DNA from: Fimbriimonadia bacterium | GTDB lineage: Bacteria > Armatimonadota > Fimbriimonadia > Fimbriimonadales > JABRVX01 | Direction: 5' to 3' | Assembly: GCA_041483895.1 (NCBI GenBank) | Contig: JBGPGO010000004.1 | Location: 128,001 to 192,000 of the forward strand | Length of the DNA: 64,000 nucleotides | Shown here: positions 40,633-50,271 of the stretch, in pieces | How positions within the stretch are numbered: the stretch's first letter is position 1 | Layout of the letters: each line of letters begins with the position of its first letter | Position numbers and translations under genes: made by a program | Notes under the pieces: model-generated | What the model saw: only the letters and a program-made list of their open reading frames with translations | Told to the model about the DNA's origin: nothing | The model's database searches: none

Positions 40633-42282
40633 ATGGCTAGTTTGACGGCGGAAACGAAACAGAAGACGCTTCGAGCCTGGGGATATGTAAGGTGCAGTAC
40701 GGATGATCAGGCTCGCTCAGATTTCAGCACGCTCGACGCCCAGCGGGAAGCCATCGAGCACTATGCTGAACGTAGGTCCAGGGATTGCGTGGAATGGAAG
40801 ATAGTCCAAGTCTTGTGCGATGAAGGTCTCAGCGGCAAGGACTCGAAGCGTCCCGGGCTGCAAACACTCATGCGGGCTGTGGACAACGGCGAGGTCGATG
40901 TCGTGATCGTCTATCGGCTGGATAGAATCTCTCGCTCCAGCGCGGACTTTGTGCAGATGTGGGAGCGATTTCAATCCGCTAATGTGAATTTTGTCGCAAC
41001 GGACCAGGATTTCGACACAACCACCCCGATGGGCCGGGCGATGCTGATGATCGCAATGGTGTTCGCACAACTCGAACGGGAGACCATTGTTGAGAAGATC
41101 CAACACAAGATGCATGCATCTGTTGCGAGAGGCCTATTCATGGGCGGCGGCCTCCCATTCGGCGTCATGCTTGACGCTGATCGCTCACGAGTGGCGCATC
41201 CAGAATATGTGCCGATCATCAGGGAGGCCTACCGAATCGCCGATCAGCGCTGATCGCTTGCCGCCGTTGCCGACTTCCTAAGGATCGTATCGCCAAACCT
41301 TCCGCTCCTCAAAGGCCGTACGAAGTCGCCAACATGGACATGCGAGTCGGCGCGGCGATTCCTGGACAATCCGATGTACAAAGGCCATTTCCACTACAGC
41401 GGTAACAAGAAAGGGAAGCGAGGTCAAGTAACGATCATCAAGGACGCAATGGAGCCAGTCATCTCTGCCGAGCAGTGGGATCGCGTGAACAGCTGGATAC
41501 ATGAGCGATCGGGAATGGCTTCGAAGCGTGCCTGCAGCTTCCGTTCCTACCTGCGCGGCAAAGTGTTCTGTTCATGCTGTAACAGCGCAATGTCACCTAG
41601 CGGGCCCGGCGGCAAGAAATCCAATTTCAGATATTACCGCTGCACTATGTCAACCAAGATGCTGACCAAGTGCGAACCGAGTCACTTGAACGCCGAACGC
41701 TTGCACGAAGCCCTCGTGGCCGACATGGCGAAGGAGGCGAGAGAGGGAAATCTGGAGGCGATCTTGGAGTACATCCCCGACGATACTGCTGTTGACAAGA
41801 GCATGCTCGCCGACAGCCAGTCAGCGCTGGAAGGCAAAATCCGCGGGAAGCAGGCTGCCATCGCTAACTTGATCGACTTCATCTGCAAGGGTCGCGGCAC
41901 CGAGTCGACTTCGGAGGCTTTGAAGACCGCCGAGGCTGAACTGAATCAAGCCAAGGAGGATCTGGCCAAGGTCAATGCGGATTTGGTGGCGCAACGCAAC
42001 ATTACTCCCGATGTCAGTAAGGTGGAAGAAGCCTGGGCCCGTCTCGGTGAAGTTTGGGGTGTCCTATCTGACGACGAGCGCCAAGAATTCTTCAACGAAA
42101 CCGTTGAGCGCATCGAAGTCCACCCGGATGGCAAGCTCAAAGCGACCCTCCGAATCGAATTTCCAGCAAACGAACGATCAAAACAAATCGTAGGGTATGA
42201 TACGGAAGAAGCGCCATTGAACGAACCGCTCGGTTCGCGTTTTCAAGAGGATTGGTACCCCGGACGGGATTCGAACCCGTGA
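40633..42282 (+). pseudogene. Large serine recombinase (integrase) with an in-frame TGA at 41251-41253
   Basis: YVRCST, SG, RPGL and DRISR catalytic motifs. The same frame continues through W...FLDNPMYKG and a zinc ribbon (CSCC...YYRC...C), and ends inside the tRNA antisense (WYPGRDSNP). Confidence 0.9.
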
Positions 42283-42329
42283 CCTTCGCCGTGAGAGGGC
42301 GATGTCCTGAACCGCTAGACGACCGGGGC
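42253..42329 (-). tRNA. tRNA-Glu (CTC)
   Basis: GCCCCGG acceptor stem, anticodon arm TCGCC-CT-CTC-AC-GGCGA, GGTTCGAATC T-arm and an encoded CCA. TATAAT lies upstream. Confidence 0.96.
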
Positions 42330-42380
42330 ACGCTTCCGCGGGGCCATGATTATACACGAAAAAGGGCGGCGCCTCCCGGA

Positions 42381-42419
42381 ATAGGACGCATAAGTCGTAT
42401 AGGACCTATAAGTCCTAAT
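42381..42419 (+). repeat. 9-bp periodic repeat
   Basis: ATAGGACGC ATAAGTCGT ATAGGACCT ATAAGTCCT. Confidence 0.65.
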
Positions 42420-42514
42420 CGGAAGTCACCCCCTCGCGCCGAACCGAACCCCCTGGTAAACCCGTCCCACAAAAGGCCGCACAAAAAAAATCCTTCCGCG
42501 AAGAATAGAAAACC

Positions 42515-43087
42515 ATGCCTACAGAGTCTTCTCTACCAGAGCGATGCTTTGGTGACAGTCCAATAAGGGGAGTTTCCACGGATCGAAAAGGGTCTCCGGT
42601 CGAAGAGATCCTGACCGAGAAGGCGTGCAAGGAGGTATTTGCCTTCCTGTATAGCCGGCTTGGCAACGCGGAGGATGCGGCTGATGTCGCACAGGAGGTA
42701 TACGCACGCGCCGCCCGTACGATATTGGCCACTGGCCCTCCGCGTCATCCCCGGGCTTGGCTGTACCGCATCGCCAAGAACGAAATGTTTGGTTGGAGGC
42801 GAAAAAAGCACCGGGAGGACCGCGGCAGAGCCGCTCTGTATGCCGCGGCCGACATCGAAAAGCCTCCAAATTTGCAGTGGCGCTTGGAAATTGAACAGGC
42901 GCTCAGTGAGTTAGAAGAAGCAATGCGAGAAGCTGTGATCTATATCCATATGCTCGGATATACATATCGGGAGGCCGCGGACCTTGCCCATGTGCCCGTG
43001 ACCACCATGATGAGCCGCGCCTATCGCGGCCGCACGAAGCTACGTGAATTGCTGGGGGACAAGTTGGACCCGGAGGCAAGAACATGA
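42515..43087 (+). CDS. ECF sigma-70 factor
   Basis: DAADVAQE, WLYRIAKN, YREAA and MMSRAYRGR motifs. Confidence 0.88.
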   Translation: MPTESSLPERCFGDSPIRGVSTDRKGSPVEEILTEKACKEVFAFLYSRLGNAEDAADVAQEVYARAARTILATGPPRHPRAWLYRIAKNEMFGWRRKKHREDRGRAALYAAADIEKPPNLQWRLEIEQALSELEEAMREAVIYIHMLGYTYREAADLAHVPVTTMMSRAYRGRTKLRELLGDKLDPEART

Positions 43088-44049
43088 GCAACCATCCAAT
43101 CGAAAAACTGGACGCCTACCTCGAAGGGGCGCTTCCCGCCAACGAGATGCGCTACGTCAAAGATCATGTGAAGCAGTGCGTCCGATGTGCGACCGAGCTG
43201 CGGCGGGCCGAGCGCCTGCGGCACGTTTTGTATAAGACTCTGCCGCCGCTGGCCGCCATGCCGCGCCGCTCCGTGGTCATCCGGGCGCCCGCAGCCCCCA
43301 TGCGAACGCCGAGATTTAGCTGGGCCTTCGCTGCCGTTACCGTCGGGGTCTTGGTGGTGTTCGGCCTATTCCGGTTCGGCTCCTCCGGCCTGGTTCTCGC
43401 GCCCGAGCAAGTGGTGGCGACCGTACCGCAGACCAATGGATTGCCGATCCGGTTGACGAATACCGGCAAGGTCTATGTGGGGGAGAAGCCTCTCAGCCCG
43501 GAACTTGCCGCGCCCGTCCAAAGAATGCTGACGCCGGAAATCTGGCCCCGGCAGAAGGACCAGGAGAGTTCCCACTCCGCTGCCATTCGCTTGCTGCAGC
43601 CGAGCCCGATTAACATAGCCGCAACCCAACCGCCGTCGGAGTTGGCCTGGACGGGGCCCACCGGTTCTCCCTATCTGGTGGAATTGCAACGGCGTGAGGG
43701 CGGCGGTTGGTCACCGGTGCCTGGATTCCCGAAACGGATCGCCGCGTTCTCCCTCTCTGTCAGCGGTTTGGAATTGGGAGAGATCTTCCGGTGGCGGGTA
43801 TCGACCGGCAACGCGACATCCAAATGGGCCACCGTCAAGCTGCTGCGACACGAAGAAAAGATGCAGTTGGCTGAGGCCCGGGATCGGTTCGGAGAGGACT
43901 CATTCGTGTATGGTTCGGTGTGCGCGCAGTTCGGTATCTATTCGGAAGCCAAGGACGCCTTGATGCATGAGGCGGTGGCGCATCCCGGCGAACCCGGCAT
44001 CATTAATGCCCTTGTCGAAGTGCGGCGTCAGATCAGCCGTTTGCAATAG
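43084..44049 (+). CDS. Zinc-binding anti-sigma factor with TM and periplasmic domain
   Basis: LDAYLEGAL...HVKQCVRC, then a TM segment and a C-terminal Fn3/TPR-like region. Confidence 0.82.
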   Translation: MSNHPIEKLDAYLEGALPANEMRYVKDHVKQCVRCATELRRAERLRHVLYKTLPPLAAMPRRSVVIRAPAAPMRTPRFSWAFAAVTVGVLVVFGLFRFGSSGLVLAPEQVVATVPQTNGLPIRLTNTGKVYVGEKPLSPELAAPVQRMLTPEIWPRQKDQESSHSAAIRLLQPSPINIAATQPPSELAWTGPTGSPYLVELQRREGGGWSPVPGFPKRIAAFSLSVSGLELGEIFRWRVSTGNATSKWATVKLLRHEEKMQLAEARDRFGEDSFVYGSVCAQFGIYSEAKDALMHEAVAHPGEPGIINALVEVRRQISRLQ

Positions 44050-44053
44050 CGCG

Positions 44054-44863
44054 TCAGCCTGCCGCGACAGCGTTATCCAATTGGTCCGCCAGACGGCCGC
44101 TGAGGGCGCCCCCGCACAGATCCGGGTTTGTGGACCAATTGAGAGCCAGCTTCTTGATGTCCTTCGCAAACCGGGATGTGGGGTAGGTGAGGAGCACCGC
44201 TCGCGACTGGCTCCGCGCACGATCGACGGCCACATCTTCGTGGACCGAGCCCGCATAGGCCACTTCTGTGTTCAGGAACGACCGTGAGATGCCGTTCAGC
44301 CGCATGGCTGTCATCTGACCCTCATCTGAGCTGTTGACCCTGTTTACGCAAAGAGAAATTCGGCTTCCGGGGTTGCGGCGGCCGGCCATTCGCAGCGCGG
44401 CGTAGGCGTCGTCAAGTACCGCCGGTTCGGGGGTCGTCAAGGCAAGCACTTCGTCGGCTGATAAAACCATCGTCATCACGCTGTTGGCCACTCCCGCCCC
44501 AACATCGGCGATGACGAAGTCAAACGTCTCCTCGATCTCCTGCAAGCCGCCAAGCAGATGCGCTTCCTGGTGGGGGGACAGCCAGGCCAGCCGTTCCAGC
44601 TCCGGTCCGCCACTGAGGATCCGGATTCCGCCGGGCCCTTCAGTGATCACGTGGTCCAGCGTTCGGCGGCCGGACAGCATTTCGGAAAGGGTGCCCGTCG
44701 GCGCAACGCCGAGGATATCGAGGAGTTCGGAGCGTCCCAGATCCAAATCCAAGAGCAAGGAGTCGTGACCATGCTGCTGCAGGGCGATCGCCAGGTTCGC
44801 GGCGATTTGGCTGCGCCCCAGACCAGCGCGGCCCCCGGTTACGAAGATCGAATAGCAGTCCAC
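44054..44863 (-). CDS. FlhG/MinD-like protein with a degenerate Walker A
   Basis: GGRAGLGRS in place of KGGVGKS; LLLDLDLG, DVGAG, TTPEP and VNRV motifs. Confidence 0.8.
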   Translation of the reverse strand: MDCYSIFVTGGRAGLGRSQIAANLAIALQQHGHDSLLLDLDLGRSELLDILGVAPTGTLSEMLSGRRTLDHVITEGPGGIRILSGGPELERLAWLSPHQEAHLLGGLQEIEETFDFVIADVGAGVANSVMTMVLSADEVLALTTPEPAVLDDAYAALRMAGRRNPGSRISLCVNRVNSSDEGQMTAMRLNGISRSFLNTEVAYAGSVHEDVAVDRARSQSRAVLLTYPTSRFAKDIKKLALNWSTNPDLCGGALSGRLADQLDNAVAAG

Positions 44864-44865
44864 GG

Positions 44866-46263
44866 CTAGCCTGCCCTTCTTCGGTGGGAATCGGACAGAT
44901 ACTCCGCGACCCCGGCATCCCCGGAGAGATCCGGCCAATGCTGGGTGAGCAGCTCCTCGGAAAGCGACAGAGTATCTGGGAAGCGCCCATGCCGCTCCTT
45001 GGCGCATGCCCGCAAGATGAGGCGATTGAGCTGCGCAGGAAGGTCCTCGGAGGGCACAACGGCTCCCTCCATCACCATCTGCGAGACGGCCGCGACGCTG
45101 TTGCCAGGGAAGGCCGGTCTGCCAACTGTGGTTTCGAACAGCAGCGTGCCCAACGAGAAGATGTCGCTTCGCTGATCCATGGGCAGACCCGCCAACTGCT
45201 CGGGCGATAGATACCGGTAATCCTCAACCGGGATAGTCGACTTGTTAAGCTGTTCGGACGGACTGAGCTTGATGTCCAAGTGCGTCAACCTCAGCTCTTC
45301 GCCGGCAAGGATAACGCAATTGGACGGTGACAAGCTCTGATAGACCAGTTGCGAGCCATGGAGGTATCGCAGAGCCTCACAAATCTGCAGCCCGAGTTCA
45401 CAGACGCTGGACACAGAGAGCCGATGTTCGCGGTCCAGGCGCTCCCGAATTGTCTCGCCCGGCAACGATTCGCTCACGACGAAGCGAAGGCCATTGACCT
45501 CCCCGACATCGTGAATCGTTAGGATATTGCGATGCGGGAAGCGGGCCAGCCACATGCTGTGCTCCAAGAAGCGCTGGGAGCGGCGGAACTCCTCTTCGTT
45601 CGTACTGGGTCGGACGACGGCAACCAGCACGCGGCGGAGAAGCCGCGTGTCGTCGGCCTCGTAGAATGCAACAGTTGGTTCGTTCCATCGGACATTGACG
45701 AGCCAGTAGTGAAGGAACATGCTTCCCGGCTGAATCGGGAGAGCAGATTCGGTCGAAACTGCGCAATAGCGACGATCCAGCTCGGCCAAGATCTCGTTGG
45801 GGGTTGATATGACGTATTGCAAGTTACAATCTGCGGCGCTTTCGATGGCCTCTGTGGCGTCTTGGTCCGCCGGATCCGCGGTCGCACAGTGGAGGGTTGA
45901 GCCGGTTCGGCGCAATGGAACGACCAGATGATGTCGCGCCAGGTCTTCCGGTACAGAGAGAACGGCGCTAGTGTCCATGGGAAATAGCTCGAATCGAGCG
46001 ATATCCAGGTCGTATCGGAGGCAGATGGCTCGGGCCACCTGGTCGGCGGATACGTGACCTTCATCCACCAGCAACTCACCCAAGCGCAAGCCAGGCTGGC
46101 AGTTGCGTTTGAGAAAGGCTTCCCAGTCCTTTTGTGCGATATCCCCGCATGCGGTCAGGATTTCTCCCAGCCGCTCATATCCAGAGGCTTCCAATCGAGC
46201 GCCCTGCCTTTCGTGGTCTCTCGATTGATTATCGGCGGAAGGGAGTGGAGGGCTCCGTTCCAT
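44866..46263 (-). CDS. MshEN/GspE-N domain fused to a Ser/Thr pseudokinase
   Basis: RLGEIL...RLGELLVDEG; kinase fold HRNILTIHDVG, YLSPEQ and SDIFSLG; catalytic motifs altered. Confidence 0.8.
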   Translation of the reverse strand: MERSPPLPSADNQSRDHERQGARLEASGYERLGEILTACGDIAQKDWEAFLKRNCQPGLRLGELLVDEGHVSADQVARAICLRYDLDIARFELFPMDTSAVLSVPEDLARHHLVVPLRRTGSTLHCATADPADQDATEAIESAADCNLQYVISTPNEILAELDRRYCAVSTESALPIQPGSMFLHYWLVNVRWNEPTVAFYEADDTRLLRRVLVAVVRPSTNEEEFRRSQRFLEHSMWLARFPHRNILTIHDVGEVNGLRFVVSESLPGETIRERLDREHRLSVSSVCELGLQICEALRYLHGSQLVYQSLSPSNCVILAGEELRLTHLDIKLSPSEQLNKSTIPVEDYRYLSPEQLAGLPMDQRSDIFSLGTLLFETTVGRPAFPGNSVAAVSQMVMEGAVVPSEDLPAQLNRLILRACAKERHGRFPDTLSLSEELLTQHWPDLSGDAGVAEYLSDSHRRRAG

Positions 46264-46308
46264 CGGAGCCGGTTCTTGCGTGCGGCTCCGATGGAACGGA
46301 GCCCTCCA
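46246..46308. repeat. Perfect 26-bp inverted repeat (REP-like hairpin)
   Basis: TGGAGGGCTCCGTTCCATCGGAGCCG, an 11-nt loop, then CGGCTCCGATGGAACGGAGCCCTCCA. Confidence 0.9.
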
Positions 46309-46311
46309 AAC

Positions 46312-46848
46312 CTAGAATCTGTATCCGATGGTCGAGAAGAAGCCGTTGATGTTGACCCCGCCCGCGCTGGGATAGAGGGAGTAGCCGCCGCGGATGGCGA
46401 TACGGTCTCCAAACATGAAACCGGCAAAAATGCTTGCTCCTACGCCAAGTTGGGTGTCCGTGCCACTGCCGGGCTGAAAGTCTCCGCCATTGTCCGCGAA
46501 GGCCACTCTGCTGGAGAAAATGCCCACGTCGAAGCCGGCGAACGGCCCCTTGTCGCGCCCGTACCACGCATAGCGCAAGAAGGCGCCTCCAGCCTGGACT
46601 TCATTGCCGGAATCCTTCCGGCCTGTCCAGCTGAAACCGACGGAGGTCTTTGCACCGGACGGGCTTGTGATGAGGTCCAGCGTAATATCCGCTAAGAATG
46701 TCGTGTCGCCGATCAGGGCTTGTGTTTCTTCCTGGGGGAAAAACGCTCCGGCCTCAATGTTCCATCGATGCTGATCGTCCGCAAAAGCTGCGGAGGTGAT
46801 GGCGGCCACAACGAAAAGCAGACCGCCGCGAATTGCGAATCCCTTCAT
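46312..46848 (-). CDS. Small outer-membrane beta-barrel protein
   Basis: Signal peptide MKGFAIRGG...AAFA, amphipathic strands and a C-terminal GYRF. Confidence 0.8.
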   Translation of the reverse strand: MKGFAIRGGLLFVVAAITSAAFADDQHRWNIEAGAFFPQEETQALIGDTTFLADITLDLITSPSGAKTSVGFSWTGRKDSGNEVQAGGAFLRYAWYGRDKGPFAGFDVGIFSSRVAFADNGGDFQPGSGTDTQLGVGASIFAGFMFGDRIAIRGGYSLYPSAGGVNINGFFSTIGYRF

Positions 46849-46948
46849 AATCGCACCCTTCTTCCCTAAAGAGTTACCGCTAATTGTACCGGCGCAACTG
46901 CTTACCCTGCAATTGCTGGGGAAACTATACCCACATCGGGGAGATTTG

Positions 46949-47169
46949 GTGTTGGGGTCTTGGGTTTTCGTGGCTTGTATGGGTTGTCCAGTTCCGTGTT
47001 GGGGTCTTGAGTGTTTGGCGCTTGAGAGGTCGCAGTAGGCAAGGACCCCAACACAACAACGCCCACAGGGGAGAGGACCCCAACACATCGTAGGTTATTC
47101 GGTTCAGGGTTGGGGTCTTGGGTTTTCGGCGCTTGAGCAGTTGCGGCAGGCGAGGACCCGAACACATCA
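46949..47169. repeat. Cluster of REP-like direct and inverted repeats
   Basis: Three copies of G(T/G)GTTGGGGTCTTG...GCTTG and three inverted copies of AGGACCC(C/G)AACAC. Confidence 0.8.
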
Positions 47170-47201
47170 CTGGCCACTGGTAGCAGGTAGAATCGTTACC
47201 T

Positions 47202-48309
47202 ATGGATCAATCAATGATCGAAGCGCTGTCCAAGGCGAAGCCTCGCCTGGACGCTATCGGACAACATCTTTGACGTAGCCGGAACGGTTACGCAGATTGC
47301 CACGCTGGAAAAAGAGCAAAATCGACCCGATTTCTGGGACAACCCCGACGCCGCACAGAAGATCCTCCGCAAACTCTCGGCTCTTAAGTCACGAATCGAG
47401 CCGGTCGAGCGTCTAACGAAGCAGCTATCGGACATTCAGGAGTTCCGCGGCCTGCTCGAAATGGACGGAGACCCGGCCATGGAGGCGGAGATCGAGGAGA
47501 CCGCCAAAGGCCTCTTAGCGAACCTGGAACGCCTCGAATTCGAGACATTGCTGTCCGGGCCTTATGACCAAGGTCCCGCCATTGTGACCATTAACGCGGG
47601 CGCAGGTGGAACCGAGTCCTGCGACTGGGCATCTATGTTGCTAAGAATGTACACCCGCTGGGCGCAGCTTCGCGGCTTTTCATTCGAGATAATAGATGAA
47701 TCGCCCGGCGACGTAACGGGATATCGGAGCGTAATGGGAATTGTGGAAGGCCGGTATGCGTACGGGTATTTGATGGCCGAACGAGGCGTGCACCGATTGG
47801 TGAGAATTTCACCGTTCGATGCCGCCGGGAAGCGCCACACATCGTTCGCGATGGTGGACGTGATTCCAGAGGTGACTGATGGTGAGGTCAATATCAAATC
47901 GGAAGAACTTCGCATCGATACCTATCGGGCCAGCGGCGCGGGCGGCCAGCATGTTAATAAGACCGATTCCGCGGTCCGGATTACGCACATTCCGACCGGC
48001 ATCGTGGTGACCTGCCAGAATGAACGGTCCCAATTGAAGAACCGATCGACCGCGATGAAAGTCCTAGAGTCGAGACTCGCGGACCTGGAACGGGATAAAA
48101 CGGAGACGAAGCTGAAACAATTGCGGGGAGAGGTCCCGCCTGCCGAATGGGGCCATCAGATACGTTCGTACGTTTTGCACCCGTACTCGATGGTGAAAGA
48201 CCATCGGACGAATTATGAAACGGGGAACACGAGCGCCATATTGGACGGCGAGCTTGACCCATTTATGGAAGCCTATTTGCGAATGACGCCGGGAGAGCGG
48301 AAGGAGTAA
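47202..48309 (+). CDS. prfB: Peptide chain release factor 2, +1 programmed frameshift
   Basis: A 23-codon ORF ends CTT TGA C (47268-47274). The +1 frame joins the ORF carrying the SPF and GGQ motifs. Confidence 0.96.
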
Positions 48310-48926
48310 TGATAATGCGACGCGCAGGTGCGTTGGTAGTGATACTATTGGGAGCGATGGCTTGGAGCCAGGCGCCGGATTTGGCGAGCGCCGGGAGTGC
48401 GTATTCCCCCGCCGCCAGCATTGTGGTTGACGCGATTCGGGCGGCTGCGAAATCGGATATCGCCGTCCAGGCAGCCGGGTTCTTCGCGGACGGGAAGCTG
48501 CCTGCGAAGGTAGATGCCGACGCGCTCAACAAAATGCTTTCATATCCCGGCGAAGAGATCACGGTTCTCACCCTAACCGGCGATCAGGTCAAGAAGGCAA
48601 TGGAGCGGTCCCTGAGCCTGCTGCCGCAGTCCAATCGGCAGTTCCTCCAGGTCTCCGGCATGACGGTCACCTATTCGGCGAGCGCCCCGGTGCAGTCGCG
48701 CGTGAAGAAGATTCTTGTCGACGGCGCGCCTCTATCCGACACCGCGAAATACACGGTTGCGATGCCGGCCACCCTCGCCCGCGGCGCTCTCGGATACTTC
48801 ACGATTTGGAAAAAGGAGCAGATCACGTCGCAAACGGGCGTCACCGTGGAAGCCGCGGTGCGGGAATACCTAAAGGGAAAGAGCTCCTGGCCGATCGGAG
48901 AGACGAACCGAATTGTGGGTGAATAG
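48309..48926 (+). CDS. Secreted 5'-nucleotidase C-terminal-domain protein
   Basis: LTGDQVKKAME, FLQVSG and YTVA motifs; no metallophosphatase domain. Confidence 0.75.
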   Translation: MIMRRAGALVVILLGAMAWSQAPDLASAGSAYSPAASIVVDAIRAAAKSDIAVQAAGFFADGKLPAKVDADALNKMLSYPGEEITVLTLTGDQVKKAMERSLSLLPQSNRQFLQVSGMTVTYSASAPVQSRVKKILVDGAPLSDTAKYTVAMPATLARGALGYFTIWKKEQITSQTGVTVEAAVREYLKGKSSWPIGETNRIVGE

Positions 48927-48927
48927 A

Positions 48928-49872
48928 ATGTTTTTGCTCGCTCTTGCTTTGCTTTTTGGAGGGTGCAATTCCGCGCCGCAGGCAACCGGGGACGGGACCG
49001 GTTCCGCGCCACAGCATGTCACGAAGGAGGCGCCCAACCCGACGCCAAAAACCGATTTTGATGGAGCGAAGGCATACGAGCTGCTCAAGAAGCAGGTGGC
49101 GTTTGGGTACCGGGTGCCGGGAACTCCAGCCCATGACAAATGCCTGGACTGGATGGAGCAGACGCTGAAAGAATCCACGCCGAATGTGCACCGGCAGCCG
49201 TTCACCGGGACCTACAAGGGCAAGAAACTTCTGATGACCAACCTGATCGCGCGGTTCAATCCTGACGCCAAGACACAGATACTGCTCTTGACCCACTGGG
49301 ACACGAGGCCGATCGCCGACCAGGACCCGATCCCGGAGAACAAAAAGAAACCGATACCCGGCGCGAACGACGGGGCCTCCGGCACTGCGGTCTTCATGGA
49401 GCTTGCGCGCTCCTTTGGGAAGCGGGCGCCGGACGTTGGCGTCGTTTTGCTGTTTACGGACGGCGAAGATGTGGGCCCTGATATTGACAACATGCTTCTC
49501 GGGGCGCGGTATTGGGCGAAGAATCAGATTCCCAGGGGAGTAAAGTACGGAATCTTGATCGACATGATCGGTGACAAGGACCTGCGGGTTCCGGTCGAGG
49601 AACACGGGTACGAAGTGGCAAGAGATGTCGTACAGAGGGTGTATGATACTGCCAAGCGCCTTTCGCTGGAAAGCACATTCCCCTACGAGGGCGGCGGATT
49701 TATCGAGGACGATCATATACCGCTGAATGAGGCCGGAGTGAAGACGATCGATCTGATCGATTTCACCTATCCCTACTGGCATACTGTTGAAGATACTGTG
49801 GACAAATGCAGCGCGGCATCGTTGACAAAAGTGGGTGTATTGCTGGAAGCGTTGCTGCGCGAAGAAAAGTGA
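48928..49872 (+). CDS. M28-family peptidase / glutaminyl cyclase-like lipoprotein
   Basis: Lipobox-like FGGC; HWDTR, GANDGASG, DGED, DMIG, DDH and WHT motifs. Confidence 0.85.
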   Translation: MFLLALALLFGGCNSAPQATGDGTGSAPQHVTKEAPNPTPKTDFDGAKAYELLKKQVAFGYRVPGTPAHDKCLDWMEQTLKESTPNVHRQPFTGTYKGKKLLMTNLIARFNPDAKTQILLLTHWDTRPIADQDPIPENKKKPIPGANDGASGTAVFMELARSFGKRAPDVGVVLLFTDGEDVGPDIDNMLLGARYWAKNQIPRGVKYGILIDMIGDKDLRVPVEEHGYEVARDVVQRVYDTAKRLSLESTFPYEGGGFIEDDHIPLNEAGVKTIDLIDFTYPYWHTVEDTVDKCSAASLTKVGVLLEALLREEK

Positions 49873-49932
49873 GTTAGACTGTAGTTGTAGGCGTACACTG
49901 TGCGCCGCTGGTTTTGCAAGGGAGTTGGCGAG

Positions 49933-50271
49933 ATGCATCGAGAGGATGTTCCGGCATTTTGCTTTGAATTAGATCGTGGAGCGAGGCTTCGAGTCAACGA
50001 GGCGTCGCTGAAATCTTGCGACCTGTGCGGCGCGCTCAATCTTCTGCAGAATGGCGAATGTTTCGTGTGCGGATGGCGCGGCCACTTCAGCCGGAACCAA
50101 TCGGTGATTCACGAGACGTTGATCGAGCTGATCCGCAGTCTGCCTGAGGTATCGCCGCTGCACTTCACCGACGACCGCACATTGCGTCGCATTTTCCGGC
50201 GGCGTCCCTGGTGGGTGCGAATGGTGGATGCTGTGCGCTGGTGGTTTGAAGCGCCGCGATCAGTTCGGTAG
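49933..50271 (+). CDS. Small zinc-ribbon hypothetical protein
   Basis: CDLCGALN...ECFVCGWRG. Confidence 0.65.
   Translation: MHREDVPAFCFELDRGARLRVNEASLKSCDLCGALNLLQNGECFVCGWRGHFSRNQSVIHETLIELIRSLPEVSPLHFTDDRTLRRIFRRRPWWVRMVDAVRWWFEAPRSVR

Larger units (their letters stand above)
2076..42271. mobile_element. About 40-kb integrative element in tRNA-Glu(CTC), serine-recombinase type, apparently defective
   Basis: Terminal direct repeats of the tRNA 3' end, a serine recombinase overlapping the tRNA, a primase-helicase, methylases, type I R-M and cargo genes. Confidence 0.85.

Noticed and set aside
41251..41253. Stop-codon reassignment or selenocysteine readthrough
   Set aside because: The three in-frame stops in the window are TGA, TAA and TAG, and all three codons end normal genes. 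The position is not a catalytic Cys. Point mutation is simpler.
46949..47169. Possible CRISPR array
   Set aside because: The repeats occur in both orientations, spacing is irregular, the 'spacers' resemble each other, and no cas genes are present.
48841..49938. 365-aa minus-strand ORF
   Set aside because: It is antisense to the M28 peptidase gene.
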